NCBI GenBank assembly: GCA_030295235.1
Contig: AP026132.1
Coordinates: 1,178,001-1,242,000, forward strand
Direction of reading: 5' to 3'
Source: Fistulifera solaris
Taxonomy: Eukaryota
Length of the DNA stretch: 64,000 bases
Shown: positions 57,958 to 64,000 of the stretch, one piece after another
Numbering within the stretch: position 1 is the stretch's first letter
How the letters are laid out: each line of letters starts with the position of its first letter
Position numbers and translations under genes: made by a program
Notes under the pieces: model-generated
What the model was told of the DNA's origin: nothing
The model's input: the letters and a program-made list of their open reading frames with translations, nothing else
Database searches by the model: none

Positions 57958-60125
57958 ATGAGCTACAATAGCCATCGCAACAATTCGCACGATAACAGCA
58001 AACGCCGTTGCATCGGAGGCATTCGTTCGTCTCGTCGCTATCCAGCGGCGACGGCTCACTCTGACCGCAACTGCGGAAGGTATTAAGCAGCTGGTCGAGC
58101 ATGAGTTTCCCGTGCTCGTGTGGCTATTATCTTCTTCTACAACGTCTTCGCACGATCGCATTTACGATGGAAAAGAAACACTATGCGTAGAATTACTTCC
58201 TTCCGTACAACGACAAATACAACAATCCCTCGAGCGACCTGACGATATTCCTCTCATTCGTATTCACGGCATTCTCGAACGTCCCCATCAAGCACCGAAT
58301 ATTGTATTAGCATCTGCCGAATACGTCCGGTTCGCTCATGATCACGAAGTCAATCCCATTCGATCCCACAGCTCCACTTGTTCTTCACGATCCTTCGTTC
58401 CCAATCCGAAGGTCGGAGGATATACGCCCGTCTTTTTGCAACAATGGGCGCCCTTCTTATCGAATGAGGAACTAGCAGGAACCGCAGCTACTAACAGCAG
58501 TAGTTTCGAGACGCAACGACCCATTTTGAACTTTTTTCAACAACATGCGGCGCGACAAACATTGCAACGACAACAGCAACACACGAATAACATACTTCAC
58601 TCCACGAATCACGACGATGACCGCAACAATGACAATTCAGAAAATAGCGCAGAAACGGATTCGTCACAACAGCAAGTCTATTGGAAGGCACTACAAGAGT
58701 TTCAACAAACGCAAATGGACAAACAATCGGCTAGTCTTACTTCCAATGCGGGACGAGAAACGGCGGCAGTGGCGGAAAAGGTCGTGACACAGCATCGCAA
58801 AGCACTCGAACAGGCATTGCAAGACGAGGCGACAGCACTGACACCGCAACTTTTGATGCAGTGGCATGCCATCTTGTTGCAAGGATTGCACGCACAAGCG
58901 GGGCAGTACCGAACTAAAACAGTCAAAGTCGGTTTGACGCAATTTCAAAGTCCCGCCAATGTCACTCAAGACATGGAAACCGCCTGTCACATACTAGAAA
59001 CGGTGCTGCGCCCCCGCTTACTGCATCAACCCCAGACGGCCGTGACCTTTGCGGCCGCCGTCTTCATGGCCATCGTGGATGTTCACCCCTTTGCGGATGG
59101 CAATGGTCGTTTGGCACGCATTGCGTTGAATTGGGCCGCCCGTGTGGCCGGTTTCCCCATTTCGATTCATTGGTGTGCGACGCCGCAGCAGAGGCACGAG
59201 TATTCACAGGCGATTATGAATACTCGCCGCAATTTACATTTTCAAGCGCACGGTGATGTCCACAAAGAGCAACTGTTGGAGTCCTATCAGACCTTTGGAG
59301 CATTCCGGCCTTTGGTGCAATGGATTGTGCAACGCTGGAATAAAACGATTGTGGAATGGGAGAATGTGTTGCGCGAGAAATCCGCGCACGCGCAAGAACA
59401 AGATGAAGCGCGGGCGGCGCGTCGGGTCCGGGAGGCGTGCGGCGGCGGGATCTTGCTTGATTTGTTTGGACGATTCTCCCAATATTTCGACGTTGTGTTG
59501 TGGAAAAGCCGTGCATTTGAACTGTATGGCGGAATGGTTGGCCCAGCAGAATACCTGTCCGCAATGTCGAAATGAACTGCCGGCCTTGTCGCGGCCGCCC
59601 AATGCCAACAACGGCAATGCTCCAGCGAACAATGATACGGAATCAACGGCAAATGACGACTATGATACGGATGATACCGAGGAAGAACCGGGATTATGGC
59701 AACAGATAGTGATCGATCAAATTGCCCAACACATTCAGAACGGCAATATCAACAACGTCAACAACGGTAACAATAACAACAACAACCAGAATGACACGGA
59801 GAGCACGAACTCAACCGAAGAAGACGACACCCAAGAGGCAGACGATAATGATACATCGGTGGCGAGCGGCAACGGCATAATACCGGAGGGAAGTGAAACG
59901 ATGGAGTATTTCCGATCGATCTACGGACCAGACTTCAATCCAAACGACACGGACGACACAAATGATACAACGGAAAGTGCCCATCGTCCACCCACGCCGC
60001 CTCCATTCTGTTCCTACAACCATTGCAACAACCGCTCCGCTCGCGGTTGCGCGAATGATGCGTGCGGTAAATGTTGTGTCGCCTGGGGACAGTATGGTTG
60101 TGAGCGACACAACACGTCGTACTAG
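57958..60125 (+). CDS. Fic-domain (AMPylase) protein fused to RING finger, Asn/Asp-rich linker and C-terminal Cys/His zinc finger
   Basis: Complete Fic motif HPFADGNGRLAR. Removing one G at ~59435 joins it to CLICLDD...TLCCGKAVHLNCMAEW...TCPQCR. C-terminal CSYNHCNNRSARGCANDACGKCC...CERH. Start ATG 57958 with an indel near 58040. Confidence 0.8.
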
Positions 60126-60904
60126 AGATTCAGGTATATCGATTACGATACGAACTTGATGGGCAGACACCTAGGACTTAAATCCTTGTTTCTATAAGCA
60201 TCCATTAATGCATCTACCGAGACCGACTCTTAACCTTGCTCGAAGCCATAGTATAATGGAATCTTGCTATGACTGGATTTCAATCGTGAACCGCAATGAT
60301 TGCTATCAACCAAATCCAGTCACGAATTTTTTTGTTTATACTGAAGCATTCTGCTCTTTACACCATATGAATGCATGTTTTTCAACAATTCACCTAAAAA
60401 TCATCGTCAGGTCAAAGCTGTTGCTCTTGATGATGCTGGTCGAGTGAATTGCATCAACAACATTTTCGGAAAATCAGACCGATATTCACTATGACGTAAA
60501 GTGTTGGTTTACGGAAAGTCCGACTCAGCTCAAAACCAATCCCGGACGAATGCTATCGCCTATCGCCGAATTTTCTTCTTCCGTGACAAAAATACTGTTC
60601 TCCACCTACCGGTACTTGGGCGTCACCAGCAAACCCAATATTTTTTTCTTTTTGAGACACGACAAACGGATCGAACATCACAATAGCATTCATTCGCATT
60701 GACAAAAGTAGTTCGATCGTACATCACGAAAGCATTATACTCCGTTTAATTCTTCGTTCTTTCTCAATTCTCTCTTTGACATTTTAGGCTCGCATATCTC
60801 TTTCGTCGAAAAAGTCTTTTTCTTCGTTCCTCCTCATTGACAATTGAACTTCTTTGAAGCCCCTGATTGAGTTCATTTCCTTTCATTACAAATCATCATT
60901 ATCC

Positions 60905-62124
60905 ATGTTAGAAGCATTGAAAAGAAAGCTGAGGGAGAGCAAATCTTTTTCGGCAAAACCGCTTCGCTACAAAGTACATTCGTCGATTCTGATTCTGCGG
61001 ACGAAGATGATCATGTCCACCAACCTGAACGTATCGAAGAAGTGACTGAACGTGTCACACAGGACGATGACATTCCGCTTTTTCATCAAGTCGAAGCGTT
61101 GTATCAGGAAGAAAAGCTACTCGAAGCGGCTCGTTTGTTAAGAACTTTTCTTCAAGAGGAAAGCAAGTCGTTTCATCATTTGAATGATCGCTACCGGCAC
61201 ATTCTCACGGAGGCCCAAGAGATGGAAAACGCGATTGCGGATATCGTGGGCCCGCCCAGTGATCAGTGGAACCGTCAAAGTAGTTCGTCATCGGGCGGTG
61301 GCAAATACCGTCGTCCGACCGTCATTTACACGAAATTCGATCCCGATTGGAAGTTGACCTGCCGGATTGAAACGCCCATTGAAGCGAGTTTGTTGGTGCC
61401 ACTCTTGTCCGTCTTGAATGAAACGGACTTGTACGATACATGGATCCCTTCGTGGCGATTTCCGAAAATTGGTGTCTCGCGATCTCAAAAACTGCACCAC
61501 AGCGGCAAAGCGAATCAATTGGTCCAAATTGTGTGTGATGTGCCTTGGCCCTTGCGGACACGGGAAGTGATTGTACAAGCAACGGCGGTTGATGAAATCG
61601 ATGAACGTGGATATATTGTCATACGGTTGAATACACTTAGCAAACAACAGGAACAGGAACATCCGGCGGTGCACGAAAAAGATCCAGAAGTAGTGCGAGT
61701 GGACTTTGAAGGCGCTATTTTGTTCCGAGCGTGTCCCCTAGATCACGAATTACGGAATAATATTGACCCGAATGATCCTTTGGCAAGAGAGCCTCTTGTT
61801 CTGGTTTCGTTCAAAATGTATGTGCCCTTGATAAGCTCTGTCGGTGTATCTCATCCTTTATCTAATGCGTTCGCCTTCTCATCTTATCATCTCCTCCATC
61901 TCTTTCTCCGCAGGTTCCTGGATTCCAAGTTTACCGCCGTTCCCACCAGTTTGGTTAATTTTTGCACCAAGACCGTCATTGGATCCATGTGGAATATGTT
62001 CTTGCACGTGGCGGAAGATGTACGTGATGGCACGCGACCGGAACATGCCAAAATTATTGCCGAGAAAGCAAATCTTTATCAGTGGATAGAACAACGAAGT
62101 CAAGTCATGTTGGAACAGCTATAA
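60905..62124 (+). CDS. START/SRPBCC-like lipid-binding domain protein
   Basis: Motifs LLSVLNETDLYDTWIP, VPWPLRTREV and VRVDF. In-frame intron 61818-61913. N-terminal frameshift near 61000. Confidence 0.7.
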
Positions 62125-62294
62125 CAAACTGTTTTGTCGCAACTCTTGATCGGTGATGGCATGTTGATCAAAAGTGGGACTAGATGCAAATTAATTACCA
62201 TTATTTCGAACCTTTCAGTGTCCTACAGGCCAATATTTTTTTATATGCCCGGCTACCTCAATCAGACCATTTTTCATGGTTCCTCCATGTCCAC

Positions 62295-63314
62295 CTATAC
62301 ACATTCTAAAAATGAAATAAAGCCATCTTCGCCTTCTATCTCGTCTGCTTCCTGTGACGATTCGGTGCGTTTCACCAGTGTCGCTTTAGCGCTTATCATC
62401 GCTCGTTTCTTAAGTGCCTTTTTCTCAACATCCGCTTCACCAACGCGGGATGGAACGTCTATTATTTCTATATTAAGAATAGATGTTTTCCCACCCCGAC
62501 GTCGCTGTGCATGTCGAATAGCTGCATAAGAAGCTCCTTGAAACCAAGCATCTTTCAACCCTGTCACGGTCGTGATCATGTGGAGGACGTCAGTATACGA
62601 ATGCAAGGCCAAGGTTCCGTCAATAGGCTCACTGTCTGCATTCGTAGTACTATTAGTAGTTGGCCCGGAACTAAATAGAAGGTGAGGCCGCGGCGCACCG
62701 ATACACGCCAACTCCAATTCGCGACACGCCTGTACAAAATGAGGTCGTAACGATGGCTGTACAATAGCAGCTGCGTAAGGAATTTCCAAGACTCCACCGC
62801 GGGCAAACAAGGCACGAACATCGTTGGATGCAATGGAATACGGCAATCCCCCCTCGAACGGATGCATAATCCAGCGTCACAATATCGATATGTGAGGACA
62901 AACATGCCTGTCGAAAGGTTGCGGCATTGCGCGGTGCCACAGATACAAGATCATACTCTTGTATCCACGAGGACTGTGATGACGAAGAGGACAAGGCGGC
63001 TACTTCCGAAACACTTTCGACAACAACGTGAAGTCGTCGTTGACATAATATGCGTGAATTGCTGTCATTATTCGGAAACCAGGAATCGGGAATTACCTGA
63101 TTAGCTTCGTGTTTTTGAGGAGCTCCGAATACAGTGTGCGTAAGAGCCATGGAATGATAACCAATGGATTGTAAGCGGTCGGAAATCGAACGAATTTGCA
63201 AGGCAATGGGAGGCTTCAAGGATAATGGAACAAAAGATCATATCTTGTGGAGGACGTAGTAGAGGCAGCAAAATAGCGTTTGCGCTTGCGGTTTGTCCCT
63301 TTCGTTTTGCTCAT
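62295..63314 (-). CDS. RPP30: RNase P/MRP subunit p30 (RPP30); frameshifted
   Basis: Motifs GYHSMALTHTV, RRLHVVV, YDLVSVAP, FRQAC, DIVTLD, RGGVLEIPYAAAI and LLFSSG. Frameshifts at ~63225 and ~62850. Confidence 0.8.
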
Positions 63315-64000
63315 ATGGTTTCCTCTAAGTTGTTGATTAAATATCGATTAATTGTAACTTATGTGTAATAATCATGGCAATCATAATGGCAATCGCAATC
63401 GCAACCAATAAAAAATGTTGAGGGACGATGCTGGCGACGACAGACGACTTCTCTTGGTAACGAGCTCGTGTCTCGCCATTCACTAGTCGTCACTCCCACT
63501 TCAAGTCCATAGGCCGTAGGACATCGATGGTCCTCGGAAAAACTTTGAACACTTTCATACTCTATGACTGCTTGGGCTGACTGGGAAATAGAACCAAATT
63601 TTTTTGACTGTAAAATTTAGAGTTACTGTTACGACCAATTACTGTAGTTATAGTTATAGGGGCCGCGATATACGGAGTAATAAACACGAGCTATGAACAG
63701 ACTATGACATACAGTAAGCGATAAGCGCAATAATAACCAATAACAGCAATAACAGCTTGCGTTACCTCCGTCTTCCGTCGTAGACCCGTAGTACATCACA
63801 AATCACGACCAATGACCAATGCTACATGCTACGAGCTACGATCTACGATTTGCACAGTCATCGTGGACGTTGCACGTATCAGACTACAAACTATCCTATA
63901 GCCATAAAGCGTCTCGCTGTGGGCCTTTTTATCGGTACTGGCCTGGCGTTTGGAATTTGAATGAAAGGCGACAAAGCCATGGCAAAAAGGGAAAGAAGGA

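Noticed and set aside
6171..63314. Calling the frameshifted genes pseudogenes
   Set aside because: Catalytic motifs and splice sites are intact and the lesions are mostly homopolymer indels, consistent with sequencing error.

Overview
Gene-dense eukaryotic nuclear DNA, most likely from a diatom (a stramenopile with a complex plastid). The evidence is short GT-AG introns of 59-96 bp, bipartite plastid-targeting presequences with an ASAF-type cleavage site (PRK, GST, PrmA-like) and secreted proteins with RXL motifs. About 27 protein-coding genes can be reconstructed: MoaE, MoaC, SNM1/PSO2 nuclease, an AGC kinase, a MORN protein, a GAF-HisKA-REC sensor, a saccharopine dehydrogenase-like protein, a TBC RabGAP, PrmA-like, TPR, MazG/DCTPP1-like, GST, AspH-like, UBX, PRK, MECR, START-like, RPP30 and several unknowns. 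Many genes are split by 1-bp indels, mostly at homopolymers, which looks like unpolished long-read assembly error. The most notable coding items are a ~2,500-aa acidic-repeat / RelA-SpoT-like / TPR fusion, a Fic + RING + SHI/LRP1-like zinc-finger fusion, a duplicated pair of Cys-rich multi-RXL secreted precursors, and an RXL / Pro-Val stalk / TM surface protein. The most notable non-coding items are a family of ~52-bp palindromic (TCCAGAAATTCTGGA) monomers that forms a 7-mer 360-bp higher-order satellite facing an inverted, diverged array; a dispersed hairpin+ATAGT module that accompanies these arrays; and intergenic tracts built from chains of 7-bp tandem duplications. I saw no rRNA, tRNA, CRISPR array or transposase gene. 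All calls are by eye; no searches were run.
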